Under the pieces are notes generated by a model. That model searched no databases. It was given only the letters and a program-made list of their open reading frames with translations, and was not told where the DNA came from. A stretch of DNA of 64,000 bases from positions 68,467-132,466 of the forward strand of contig JBAZFB010000001.1 of NCBI GenBank assembly GCA_041653595.1, read 5' to 3'. Positions within the stretch are counted from its first letter, which is position 1. Every line of letters starts with the position of its first letter. This DNA comes from Candidatus Omnitrophota bacterium. Its GTDB lineage: Bacteria; Omnitrophota; Gorgyraeia; Pluralincolimonadales; Pluralincolimonadaceae. Both the position numbers and the translations under genes were made by a program. This document shows positions 50,801-58,275 of this stretch, piece after piece.

Positions 50801-52034
50801 GATAACGCCAATCCTCCTCGCCCCATTGCATGCCGACGGTGGCATAGGAGATAAGATGGTTCGGGTCGGATTGCCTTACCGCCTGCGCGCCCAGGGAGGT
50901 AAAACTCGCTATACTATCCTCTCTCCACTGGACCAGGTCCCACCATGCGCCCGGATTATAGACGGCCGGGTTCGGGTTGCCGCTGGCGATCCCGCCCGGA
51001 TCATTCGGCGGCCACTTCGAGGTATCGCAATAGTCATCGCGGGTGTAATATTCCGGCATTATGACCGTGGTGAAGGAAGCGTATGTTGTGCCCCAAACCT
51101 GGTTTAATGCGGCGATAGTGCCATATTTTGCCGACAGCCAGGTCCTGAAGGCGCTTTCGCAATCGGCGTCATAGCCGTCCTGCTTTCCGCTCCATAGCCC
51201 AAGATAACCGTATTCGTTTCCGACTATCCAGCCGACGATAGTGGGATTGTCTTTGTATCTGGCCGCAACGGCAGATAGAAACTCGGCATACTGCGCGCGG
51301 GCGTTGGCGTTCTCGTAGGAGATAATATCCGACTTCCAACGGGCCTGTTGAAATACCCCCTCGTTATCGTACCCCGGCGGATGCATTGTAAACCCGCTCT
51401 GAGTAAACCAGTCGGGCGGCCATTGATAACCGACGAGCGCGAAGATCCTGATGCCGCGCTGGGCCGCTGCCTGCACGAAATAATCGTAGTTCGTCCAATC
51501 GAACTGGTTATCGCCGGCTGACTCTATCTGTTTCCAGACGAAATCGACCCTTATGGAATTAACATTTGCCTTGACCATCTCGTCCAGGTCGTAATCGATC
51601 TGCTCGAAGGTCTGCCACATGCCGAGGGGCCGGTTCCATGTCTGATACGCTATCCCGTGAGGGATCCAGTAGTCGTTCTTTGCCTCGTCCCATAAATAAC
51701 CGTTTTTAAATGTAATAAATACCTGCCCCGTAAAATCCTGATCCAGCTGGTCGGCGCTTAAAGGGGTATAACTTTTTGAGGCGGGGCTGGTCTTCCAGCC
51801 GAACTTTGAGGGAGTAACCGTATAATTACCCGACGATAAACTTACAAATTCGTAATAGCCGTTTGCGCCTGTCGTGTAATTCTGGCTTGCCGCTCCAGTC
51901 AGGGCAACGGATACGCCGCTTATGCCCTGGGCGCTAGAGTCTTTGACATAGCCATTTATGGTATAAGCGTATGCCTGACTCGATAGAACAAAAAGAAAAA
52001 GCGCTGTGACAAAAAACCATTTCTTCCTCATCAT
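44814..52034 (-). CDS. Giant (2406 aa) secreted multidomain glycoside hydrolase
   Basis: Signal peptide. CarboxypepD_reg-like domain (YTINGYVKDSSAQGISGVSVALTG). GH-A clan TIM-barrel module of GH42/GH5 type (WIVGNEYGYLGLW). LamG/DUF1080-like beta-sandwich. Repeated CBM-like beta-sandwich modules including the C-terminus. Confidence 0.7.
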   Translation of the reverse strand: MMRKKWFFVTALFLFVLSSQAYAYTINGYVKDSSAQGISGVSVALTGAASQNYTTGANGYYEFVSLSSGNYTVTPSKFGWKTSPASKSYTPLSADQLDQDFTGQVFITFKNGYLWDEAKNDYWIPHGIAYQTWNRPLGMWQTFEQIDYDLDEMVKANVNSIRVDFVWKQIESAGDNQFDWTNYDYFVQAAAQRGIRIFALVGYQWPPDWFTQSGFTMHPPGYDNEGVFQQARWKSDIISYENANARAQYAEFLSAVAARYKDNPTIVGWIVGNEYGYLGLWSGKQDGYDADCESAFRTWLSAKYGTIAALNQVWGTTYASFTTVIMPEYYTRDDYCDTSKWPPNDPGGIASGNPNPAVYNPGAWWDLVQWREDSIASFTSLGAQAVRQSDPNHLISYATVGMQWGEEDWRYHAEDTAKIAKACRDIGAPLDFWSINNYPWDLLGHESQTGRWGVINAKWRTGLPVLCTETGFTSSETMYSGMNELNQGPLIRNSLWEELEAGAIGVHVFTWNDRPYITDREKGFGIVYADRRIKPSFWVVRDTYNLMEQIDVEGLIGNSTDPTPDVAFYWSDATDGMYNRYECNMQQLYGPLTRLGLNPAFIDRTALLASKYFKDIWQSDPVINLSTVYAGTRSLKITAGSGGGTVAVYPANSAQVMDLSSATGFSVWVYDTQGNNSIQLRLRDAEGDGGSGGDGYCLWSSNNSVQNQWTQINWDMTQYPSVPNLNKDRIASVELYEWNQGVYYLDQATYVSGSQIAFQSFEKNNGTPADYSSYAAIILPRNMRTYPGDMNYIRTKIIPAGVNIYADADLPGMQDYHVNSLGDFTTEMGNIFGVNAANTSGYDDPARNGQYGINFTPITTTVTQALSPLTASRQDVFRVWKYSNMITATTGTVYATHSNGNPALVIKDNGTSKAAITTFSLGDISPDGDGDGKQDIIPWAKHYDWMKAIFLTGFGIQPSLNVTGSQYVQVCYRTGSDGSILISAKNYRNDQNESVTITTSLISGRTVENLTTGGVIEENSDGTFNLTLVPDGHELIKAYSGSPSKKATILDAPAVVHPMGDKSYQVKVRYDTLAASDLTLYVAFQEDGDNGDNTPNEIYESMNTTVTGAGEQTLWLWIPDANKADSDYISTPDGGNYVIHAWLEESSVKVAESYQKTQLEWGAAPTTSLPTALNKGQSYSVNFKWEDLYEYQSWENTPISRETSFPQRIAVVRSAKTQALYSTHYNKVNQVCDWLEDLGYVHSNPAVTDFDDVVVTSGGNTLFSDDFSSGNANNWTVAEGSSRWTVPSYEYSIDRMSQSYNISVAGNSAWTDYTAEMKFKYVTMDPYFAEAYLVFRYQDNNNFYYVKPYNNYGLWRVKYGGRVNGQEFGGNVANLANPLSAGTFHTLKVIAAGPNFQVYLDNEYQGGFTNTGLASGKIGVGAKASQLGVWEPVLGYYFIDDNERGLDGNLLNLDWGYLKEFFPIVVLPSVYVMNNDECYNIKAYLQAGQFTVVATDGGVGIKQPDGSSGTGRIESAFGVDSGYTTLSDLLNLQVTDNTHYITKDYSNGQNIATASGASAISWTTVTTGTKIADIKNAASSAPALISNLLTKENVSFQNLEPGNSTPGDYYYDAWQSNPAFETTIVHSGTRSVKMISASGGGTLGINIAAPIGYMNLATMTDFYVWVYDTQGSNSLQIKFKDKWGNLSSAVWSTMSAVQNEWTLISWPVSQTAGIDWERVASIELYEWNQGTYYFDDAYFATSDTGEKKGKTFVFNYGVDTDDQLTDEFGQVSQNVFDWTTREIYKMRIQLKYATPNEEDGDFLLAEKEIWTIDPNGTENLQFEIPDTTMSGDDNIYWTIYTYPWDSADPWTDHMGFYTSFNDPGYESSISGYGLYHAGATFLSTGGRTFDNWIAYNTRNDTLKLNFGFKEDGDNGDGLTNEVYGGSPMFDGKADPNSWLTETTTTWISNANTSGTRPQLSMAFKDISSATSPTLTMNFSFAGTWSQLTVEKSPDRSSWTNIYTSGNWAGDYNPTINLDTACKYYRITLTDGDLATDIITLLKKMTLAGYPSAAQFRLEDWLQTKSVNGLLDDFRSPYVPEYALVPDYDPADTDLEDSASGGKYNWITWFTETSDKYEVPTSLYWAPRLKVEDENFPTDFNPDTTVEVPVVWEGLDTIVTITAWKPYAVTFPLTLRIFLQDVYTGETYASEDFIIEDGSGDESFEIEVPENTPYGSNYMWGAYFFDHKREGVEPYEERIGMDDTFRFTATGEPYEPETKITVGTAYSVYSDSGIPQGSSIYTWGFGSWNGDYTGETPPEGTKCFQTISTAWAGWGVFHTSGTVDLSTYANGYLKFWVKSSTTLKVEIEAPAGYTYTKYISSSGGSWQEVSIPISDFSGATLSQVYCPFKITAESATTFYIDSIRWSF

Positions 52035-52084
52035 GTTACCCCCTACTTTTTATCTTAAAAACGTGTCGAGTAATAAAAGAAAAA

Positions 52085-52110
52085 AACGGCGATTTTTTAA
52101 AATCGCCGTT
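52085..52110 (-). terminator. Hairpin AACGGCGATTTT..AAAATCGCCGTT plus U-tract, the same core arms as the hairpin at 44613
   Basis: Perfect palindrome followed on the minus strand by T7. It is downstream of the response regulator and upstream of the giant GH gene. Confidence 0.5.
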
Positions 52111-52277
52111 TAGTATTTTCTTTTCGGTGAGAACCGAAACCTGCTGAACTCATTTTTTGAAACCTTCTGAAGGACTGATTTTTTGTCTGAGTCTTCAAGA
52201 AAGGTGTGGAAACAGTGGGAGTATACATCAAATATTAATTTTGTCAAGTAAAAATTTTTAGGGCCTTTCAAATATAT

Positions 52278-52640
52278 TTATTTCGTCCCCAAAACTTCCT
52301 TTAATACCTGGACTATCTCTTCCTTCTTTACCGGCTTGTTGACGAACTTGCTCACGCCGGTCTCTATCGCCTTGGCGTATATATCCCAGTCTCCGAATGC
52401 TGTTATCATGACAACAGGGATAGAGGGAAACTCCTTCTTCGACTTCTTCAGGAAGACAAGGCCGTTCTCGCCCGGCATGGAGAGGTCCGCGAAGACGATG
52501 CCGAACTTCTCCTTCTTGATGGCGGCGAGGCCCTCGGCGGTATTAAGCGAGACCGAAACCTCATGCCCCTCGCTCTTCAATATCTTGGAAAAGGCCACAC
52601 CGAACTCAACATCATCGTCGACCAGCAATATCTTTGCCAT
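52278..52640 (-). CDS. Stand-alone response regulator receiver (CheY-like)
   Basis: DDD acidic pocket (LLVDDDVE...D54-like ADLSMPG) and KP motif. Confidence 0.8.
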   Translation of the reverse strand: MAKILLVDDDVEFGVAFSKILKSEGHEVSVSLNTAEGLAAIKKEKFGIVFADLSMPGENGLVFLKKSKKEFPSIPVVMITAFGDWDIYAKAIETGVSKFVNKPVKKEEIVQVLKEVLGTK

Positions 52641-52655
52641 TAAAGCGCCTCCTTT

Positions 52656-53861
52656 TCAGACCACGAACGGCAATCTTATCTTTACTTTAGTGCCTCTATT
52701 GACTTTGCTTTCGCAGGATATGCCCCCGCCCGCGGTGATGACCATGTCGCGCGCTATATAAAGCCCCAGTCCGGTACCCACATCTTTTGTAGTGAAGAAT
52801 GGCTCGAATATCCTTCTAAGATTTTCCCGGGCTATCCCGACACCCGTATCCTCGACCGTGATCTCGACGTCATCCTTTTCCTTTTTTGTATAGACCCTGA
52901 TCTGTCCGCCCGACGGCATAGCCTCGAAGGAATTCCTCATGATGTTCAACATGATCTGCCGCAATTGGCTCTCTTCGATCCTGGCGTTGGGCAGGCCTTT
53001 CTCGAGTTCCTTAAGGAACGAGATGCCTTTGCGGCTCGCCTCTTTTTCCAGAAACTTCACGAGCGAATCAAGGAGGGCGCTTACGTCACAGCTTTTATAT
53101 TCGGACCTCGACTTCCTCATGAACTTAAGGTGTTCCCCGACGACATCGTTGACCTCCTGGACCTCGTTCATGATGGAGCCTATCAGCGTCCCGGCTTCTT
53201 TGGCATCTACCCCCTGGCATTTCTTTATTTGCTCGGCCAGGAGTTCGGCGTTAAGGCTGATAGTGCTCAGGGGATTCCTTACCGCGTGCGCTATCTGGGA
53301 CGACATCAGCCCCATGGCCGCGAGCTGTTCGGCATTGACGAGCTGGCGGTGCATCCGCCTCTCCCTTTCCGAGAGATACCCCATAGTGACTGCCAGGAGC
53401 AAGAGGAATCCCGCGCGCAGCGAGATATCGGTCCAATGGATCTTTATCAGGCAGTCCGGACAGGAAAAGATGTAGACGCCCGAGACGAGCAGGGCTATTC
53501 CGATACTGGCAAAGAGGCCGTAATAAAAAGAATGTATGGCGGCGAGGAGGAAAAATCCCAAAGTGAAGGTCGAATTGAGCCCGCCGGTCATCGGCACGAC
53601 CACGCTGAGGAAGATGAGATCGACGAGCAGCTCAAAGAAATATATCTTGGGGGCCTTGTCGGCGAACTTGAATACGCACAAGTACAGCGCGAGATTGTAA
53701 ACGAAGTAGATCCCGATAATGACGAGGAATAAGAGCTTGGCGCCGGGGGGCATAGGATGGTACAGCCCCCAGATCATCGCGCCGAAGACCGCCAATAACT
53801 TGACCAGCGCGAAAGCGAAATCCGTCGGGTCGATATTAAAGATATGCCTCTCCGGTCTCAT
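52656..53861 (-). CDS. Membrane sensor histidine kinase
   Basis: N-terminal TMs, H-box HAVRNPLSTIS, HATPase_c N/G boxes (DTGVGI, GTGLGL). Confidence 0.8.
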   Translation of the reverse strand: MRPERHIFNIDPTDFAFALVKLLAVFGAMIWGLYHPMPPGAKLLFLVIIGIYFVYNLALYLCVFKFADKAPKIYFFELLVDLIFLSVVVPMTGGLNSTFTLGFFLLAAIHSFYYGLFASIGIALLVSGVYIFSCPDCLIKIHWTDISLRAGFLLLLAVTMGYLSERERRMHRQLVNAEQLAAMGLMSSQIAHAVRNPLSTISLNAELLAEQIKKCQGVDAKEAGTLIGSIMNEVQEVNDVVGEHLKFMRKSRSEYKSCDVSALLDSLVKFLEKEASRKGISFLKELEKGLPNARIEESQLRQIMLNIMRNSFEAMPSGGQIRVYTKKEKDDVEITVEDTGVGIARENLRRIFEPFFTTKDVGTGLGLYIARDMVITAGGGISCESKVNRGTKVKIRLPFVV

Positions 53862-55870
53862 TGCAGCTCTTCCTTATATACCCTCAATATCTCGGCCACG
53901 CTCCACGCCTGCGATATTGCGCCCTTCGGGTTATAGGGCGGGTCGCCGTCAAAGATCTCGGATACCGTTCCGAGGCCGGCGTCTTTGATGTGTTCCGCGA
54001 GGGGAGCTAAAAATCTCCTCGCCTCCTGCCGCGTGTTCTTATTCCTGCCGTAGACGTTAAGGTAGGCGGAGATAAAGTGCCCCAACAGCCACGGCCAGAC
54101 CGTGCCCTGATGGTAACAGGCGTCGCGCATGCGCTGGTCCCCGGAATATACGCCGCGGTAATTCCTGTCTTTCGGCGATAGGGAACGAAGGCCGTAAGGC
54201 GTAAGGAGCTCTTTCCCCACCACATCGATGACCCTTTTTTCCTTCTCTTTCCCGATCAGCCGGTACGGGAGGCTGAGGGCGAATATCTGGTTGGGGCGGA
54301 GCGAGGCGTCCGGCCCTCCTTCATTGACGCAGTCATACAGGTAGCCCCCTGCCTCGTTCCAAAAGGTTATCTCAAAACTCTTCTTCGTAAGGTGGGCGAG
54401 CCGCGCGCACTCGTGGCGGTATTTGAGATCAAGCTTCTCGCAGATATCTTCCATTATCTTCAGGGCGTTGTACCAGAGGGCATTGACCTCGACGGCTTTC
54501 CCGTTCCTGGGCGTCACCACCCATCCGCCTATCTTCGCGTCCATCCATGTCAGCTGCGCGTCCGGGTCTTCGGTGGCGACCAGTCCGTCCTTGTCCATCT
54601 TTATGCCGTAACGCGTCCCGTTTATGTAGAACTGGATTATCTCTTCGAGGCAGTCGAGCATATTTGATTCGATGAAATCATAATCATTGGTATATTCGAG
54701 GAATTTGTGTATCGCCCAGAAGAACCACAGGGACGAATCGACGCTGTTATATTCGGGCTCTTTCGCCTTCTCCGGGAACCTGTTGGGAATCATCCCTTCG
54801 TCGCAATGTTTCGCGAACGTCAGCAGGATATCCTTCGCCTCGTCGTACCTGCCCAGGGTGAGGGTCAGGCCGGGAAGCGATATAAGGGCGTCCCTGCCCC
54901 AATCCCAGAACCAGTGGTAGCCCGCGACTATCGTCGGCAGGCCGTCCGGCCTCTTTATCAGGAACGAGTCTGACGCGTTCGCCAGGCGCACGGCGAAATT
55001 GTCCTTCAAGTTGACCGCGGCGGAGATCTCGCTGTGCCGCAGGACCTCGCTCGACTCGAGGACCTCGAGCGACCGCATCTTGCGCCCCTCGGTCGAGGCG
55101 ACGATGTAAGCCTTGTCCCCTTCCTTGACCAGGAAGCCGAGCTCCCCGGGGCTGTAGAGGTCCTCGTGATATTCGAGGCCCCTCTCCTTTTCGCGCTGGT
55201 ACTCGAAGGACTTGTACCAATATCCCGTCCGCTCGAACCTGTCGGCGTTGTTGGCCAGGTAAATTATCGGCGACTCGCCGTACGGCTTCATCTTGATATA
55301 TCCTTCCAGGCACTCGACCGACTTGTCGAAACCCGAGTTCTCCATCGATACCCAGTGGTAATCTCGCGCGGCGATAAGCGGCTGCAGCAATAGCTCGAGA
55401 TAACCCGGCGATTTCAGCACCTTATAAGTGATAACGGTCGTGTTCTCGCCGTGGACCATGAAGACAGCTTTCTCTATGGTCACATCCCCGGCCTTGTAGG
55501 TGAATACAGGGAACGGGTCCAGCCTGAACTCCTCGAGATACCTGTAGCCTTCGGGATGGATTATGCCGCCGGGGTAATTGCTGCAGGAGAGGTTATACCG
55601 GCTGCCGTCTTTCAGCACAAGGGTCTCTTCAAGCTTTGACAGGACTACCATGCGCGCGAGCGAAGGCCCTACCGCGGCCACGAGCAATCCGTGATAACGG
55701 CGGGTATTAGTCCCGATTATGGTCGATGACGCGTAGCCTCCGAGGCCGTTCGTCTCGATCCATTCCCTGGATGAGGCGGCCTGGAAATCGCCGCACACTT
55801 CCTTCCCGAAACGGATGACTTCGTCTGTCGCCGGGGATGCTTCCCTTACCGCGTCCTTCGTCATTATCAT
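53858..55870 (-). CDS. Glycogen debranching enzyme (amylo-alpha-1,6-glucosidase family, GDE_N/GDE_C)
   Basis: 670 aa bacterial-type GDE. ATGA overlap with the kinase gene. Confidence 0.7.
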   Translation of the reverse strand: MIMTKDAVREASPATDEVIRFGKEVCGDFQAASSREWIETNGLGGYASSTIIGTNTRRYHGLLVAAVGPSLARMVVLSKLEETLVLKDGSRYNLSCSNYPGGIIHPEGYRYLEEFRLDPFPVFTYKAGDVTIEKAVFMVHGENTTVITYKVLKSPGYLELLLQPLIAARDYHWVSMENSGFDKSVECLEGYIKMKPYGESPIIYLANNADRFERTGYWYKSFEYQREKERGLEYHEDLYSPGELGFLVKEGDKAYIVASTEGRKMRSLEVLESSEVLRHSEISAAVNLKDNFAVRLANASDSFLIKRPDGLPTIVAGYHWFWDWGRDALISLPGLTLTLGRYDEAKDILLTFAKHCDEGMIPNRFPEKAKEPEYNSVDSSLWFFWAIHKFLEYTNDYDFIESNMLDCLEEIIQFYINGTRYGIKMDKDGLVATEDPDAQLTWMDAKIGGWVVTPRNGKAVEVNALWYNALKIMEDICEKLDLKYRHECARLAHLTKKSFEITFWNEAGGYLYDCVNEGGPDASLRPNQIFALSLPYRLIGKEKEKRVIDVVGKELLTPYGLRSLSPKDRNYRGVYSGDQRMRDACYHQGTVWPWLLGHFISAYLNVYGRNKNTRQEARRFLAPLAEHIKDAGLGTVSEIFDGDPPYNPKGAISQAWSVAEILRVYKEELQ

Positions 55871-55871
55871 C

Positions 55872-56387
55872 CTATTCCAGCCCGCCTTTCGTCTTCCCGC
55901 CCTCGGCGTCCAGCTTCCTGAAGAACTCTTCCGGCCGCAGGTTCTCTATCTCTTTCTCGAAATTCTTCACCTCGTCTTCGCTTATGGGCTTGTTTATGAC
56001 CGGGCAGAGTTCGAGCACCTTCTCATCGATAAATACCGGCGCGCCGGTCCTCACGGCCAAGGCTATGGCGTCGGACGGCCGCGAATCTATCTCCAGGGTC
56101 TTATCACCCTGTTTCAGTATGACGGTGGCGTAATAGGCGTTGTCCTTCAAGTCGCTTATGATGACCTTCTCGATCGAGCCGCCGAGCGCCTTGATGAGGT
56201 TTACGGTAAGGTCGTGCGTCAGCGGCCTTTTGAATTTCCCTCCCTCGAGGACCATCACGATCGATGTCCCCTCGCTCACGCCTATCCAGATGGGTATCAG
56301 CCTCGAGCCGTCCACCTCTTCCAGGGTGACGACATACTGCGCTAATGGAGGGATAAATATCAACGAGTAGATCTTGGCGAGTTTCAT
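55872..56387 (-). CDS. Bifunctional nuclease (BFN, PF02577) family protein
   Basis: DSRPSDAIALAVR signature. 171 aa. Confidence 0.6.
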   Translation of the reverse strand: MKLAKIYSLIFIPPLAQYVVTLEEVDGSRLIPIWIGVSEGTSIVMVLEGGKFKRPLTHDLTVNLIKALGGSIEKVIISDLKDNAYYATVILKQGDKTLEIDSRPSDAIALAVRTGAPVFIDEKVLELCPVINKPISEDEVKNFEKEIENLRPEEFFRKLDAEGGKTKGGLE

Positions 56388-56428
56388 TCCGCGCTCTCCT
56401 GCTACAATATTAGACCATACCCTCTATC

Positions 56429-57056
56429 TAGGGACGGTTCTTGAGCCAATCGGAGAAGTGTCCCCTATTAATATTAAAAATTTCTGAAAGAAAATCCCTT
56501 TTTCTTGCGTCTATTATATAACAAGGAGGTTTAAGATGCCAAGGAGCGCAAGAGTATTTATAGAAAATGCCTGCTATCATATTATAGCAAGGGGAAACCA
56601 AAAACAAGAGGTTTTCTTTGAGACAGTTGACTACGAAAAATATCTTCAACTGCTGAAAAAGTACAAAACAAAATACCATTTTAAACTCTACGGTTACTGC
56701 CTTATGAATAATCATGTACATATGGTGATAGACCCCGGGAAACCACGAGAAATATCCAAAGCCATACAGGGACTGAATTTATCTTATTCGATATGGTTCA
56801 ACGCAAAATATGACAAAATCGGGCATCTTTGGCAGGACCGTTTTAAGAGTATGGTTATTGAAAAAAATGATTATCTTATTACCTGTATCAACTATATTGA
56901 GGCCAACCCCGTCAGGGGAAACATAGTAAACAGCCCTTTGGATTATCTTTGGAGTAGCTATAAAGAAAGAATCTTCGATATAAAAAATGGGGTTTTAGAT
57001 GTACCAGAATTATTTTGAGGGACATTTCTCCGATTGGCTCAAGAACCGTCCCTAGA
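56429..57056 (+). mobile_element. REP-RAYT-REP unit: IS200/IS605-like Y1 (REP-associated tyrosine transposase) gene flanked by inverted REP-like repeats
   Basis: CTAGGGACGGTTCTTGAGCCAATCGGAGAAGTGTCCCC at 56429-56465. Its reverse complement (2 mismatches) is at 57018-57056 and begins at the RAYT stop codon. Confidence 0.7.
56536..57018 (+). CDS. REP-associated tyrosine transposase (RAYT; IS200-like Y1 HuH transposase)
   Basis: 160 aa. HuH motif NNHVHMVID and catalytic Tyr region (NYIEANPVRG). Typical RAYT size. Confidence 0.75.
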   Translation: MPRSARVFIENACYHIIARGNQKQEVFFETVDYEKYLQLLKKYKTKYHFKLYGYCLMNNHVHMVIDPGKPREISKAIQGLNLSYSIWFNAKYDKIGHLWQDRFKSMVIEKNDYLITCINYIEANPVRGNIVNSPLDYLWSSYKERIFDIKNGVLDVPELF

Positions 57057-58218
57057 GCATCTCAAGGACTAAACATTTGAGGTAATTCGATTCGGGGAAG
57101 TTCAGGAGGATAGGGTGGTCGGCGGGCTGGATGCGTTTCTCTATGAGGCGCGCGCGCCTGCGCGATTCGGACAAAGCCTCCGCCAGGATGTCCATGAATT
57201 GCCCTTCCGAAAGGTTGTAAGAACACGAGCAGGTCATAAGGTGCCCGCCTTTTTTCAGTAATTTCATAGCCCTGAAATTTATGTCTATATAACCGCGCGC
57301 CGCGGCCTGTATATCTTTCTTTGACTTCGCGAACGCCGGCGGATCGAGAACTATGAAGTCGAACTGCCTTTCTTCTTTCTGGAATGATTTTAATGTCTCG
57401 GAGACCTTCCCCTCGACTGTTTCGATTTTCGTGAGGCCGTTAAGTTCGGCGTTCTCCTTTAATCCCCGGAGCGCAGGACCCGAGGAATCGACGGCGGTCA
57501 CCTCGCCGGCCGATAGCGCCATATGCAGGGAGAAGAGGCCCTGGTATGAGAAACAATCGAGCGCCTTGCCCCTGGAGTATTTTTCCGAGGCGATGTGGTT
57601 CTCGCGCTGGTCGAGGTACGCGCCGGTCTTCTGGCCGCTCATTATATCGACAAGATATTTTATATTACCCTCGCGGACCACTGCCTTCTCAGGCGGCCTG
57701 CCATAGAGGACCTCTTTCTTCTCTTCGAGGCCTTCGAACTTCCTCATAGCCGAATCGTTCCTCGCGACTATAGACGCCGGCTTAAGCAGGTCCTTCAGGC
57801 CGTCAACGATCGTATCTTTTATATTGTCCATGCCGAGGCATAACGTCTGTATGGACAGGTGCTCGCCGTATTTATCCACAATGAGCGAGGGGAGGCCGTC
57901 GGCCTCGGAATGGGCGATGCGGTACGCGTCGGCGTCCTTTACGGTCTTCTTCCTGTACTCTATGCATCCGGAAAGCCGGCTGCGCCAGAACCCCGCGTCG
58001 ACCGGCACGTCATCGTAAGTGATTATTCGCAGGGCGATCTTCGACCTTTCATTATAAAAGGCCTTGGCAATGAATTTGCCGCTGTTGTCCAGGACTGAGA
58101 TTATCGAACCGGAGAGGGAAGGATCATTTCTTTCGAGATCATCCTTATATATCCACGGGTGGCCGGTGCGGAACCATGCCGCGCCTTTCCTTGTGATTCT
58201 CAGGGACGGGGTTTGCAT
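57052..58218 (-). CDS. Class I SAM-dependent rRNA methyltransferase, RlmI/RlmK-like (PUA-like N-domain + MTase)
   Basis: 388 aa; MTase motifs (LDCFSYQGLFS, DPPAF). Confidence 0.7.
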   Translation of the reverse strand: MQTPSLRITRKGAAWFRTGHPWIYKDDLERNDPSLSGSIISVLDNSGKFIAKAFYNERSKIALRIITYDDVPVDAGFWRSRLSGCIEYRKKTVKDADAYRIAHSEADGLPSLIVDKYGEHLSIQTLCLGMDNIKDTIVDGLKDLLKPASIVARNDSAMRKFEGLEEKKEVLYGRPPEKAVVREGNIKYLVDIMSGQKTGAYLDQRENHIASEKYSRGKALDCFSYQGLFSLHMALSAGEVTAVDSSGPALRGLKENAELNGLTKIETVEGKVSETLKSFQKEERQFDFIVLDPPAFAKSKKDIQAAARGYIDINFRAMKLLKKGGHLMTCSCSYNLSEGQFMDILAEALSESRRRARLIEKRIQPADHPILLNFPESNYLKCLVLEML

Positions 58219-58255
58219 AGAATGATTCTAACAGGCGATATGCTTGCGTGTCAAT

Positions 58256-58266
58256 TGTGATATAAT
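58256..58266 (+). promoter_or_regulatory. Extended -10 promoter (TGaTATAAT) positioned for a leaderless MFS transcript
   Basis: TATAAT at 58261-58266 with TG at -15/-14. The ATG at 58276 is only 9 nt downstream and has no SD. Confidence 0.4.
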
Positions 58267-58275
58267 ATCGCCGAT

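Noticed and set aside
54747-55313. 188-aa Arg/Gly/Pro-rich minus-strand ORF
   Set aside because: It is an alternative frame inside the glycogen debranching enzyme gene with low-complexity composition.
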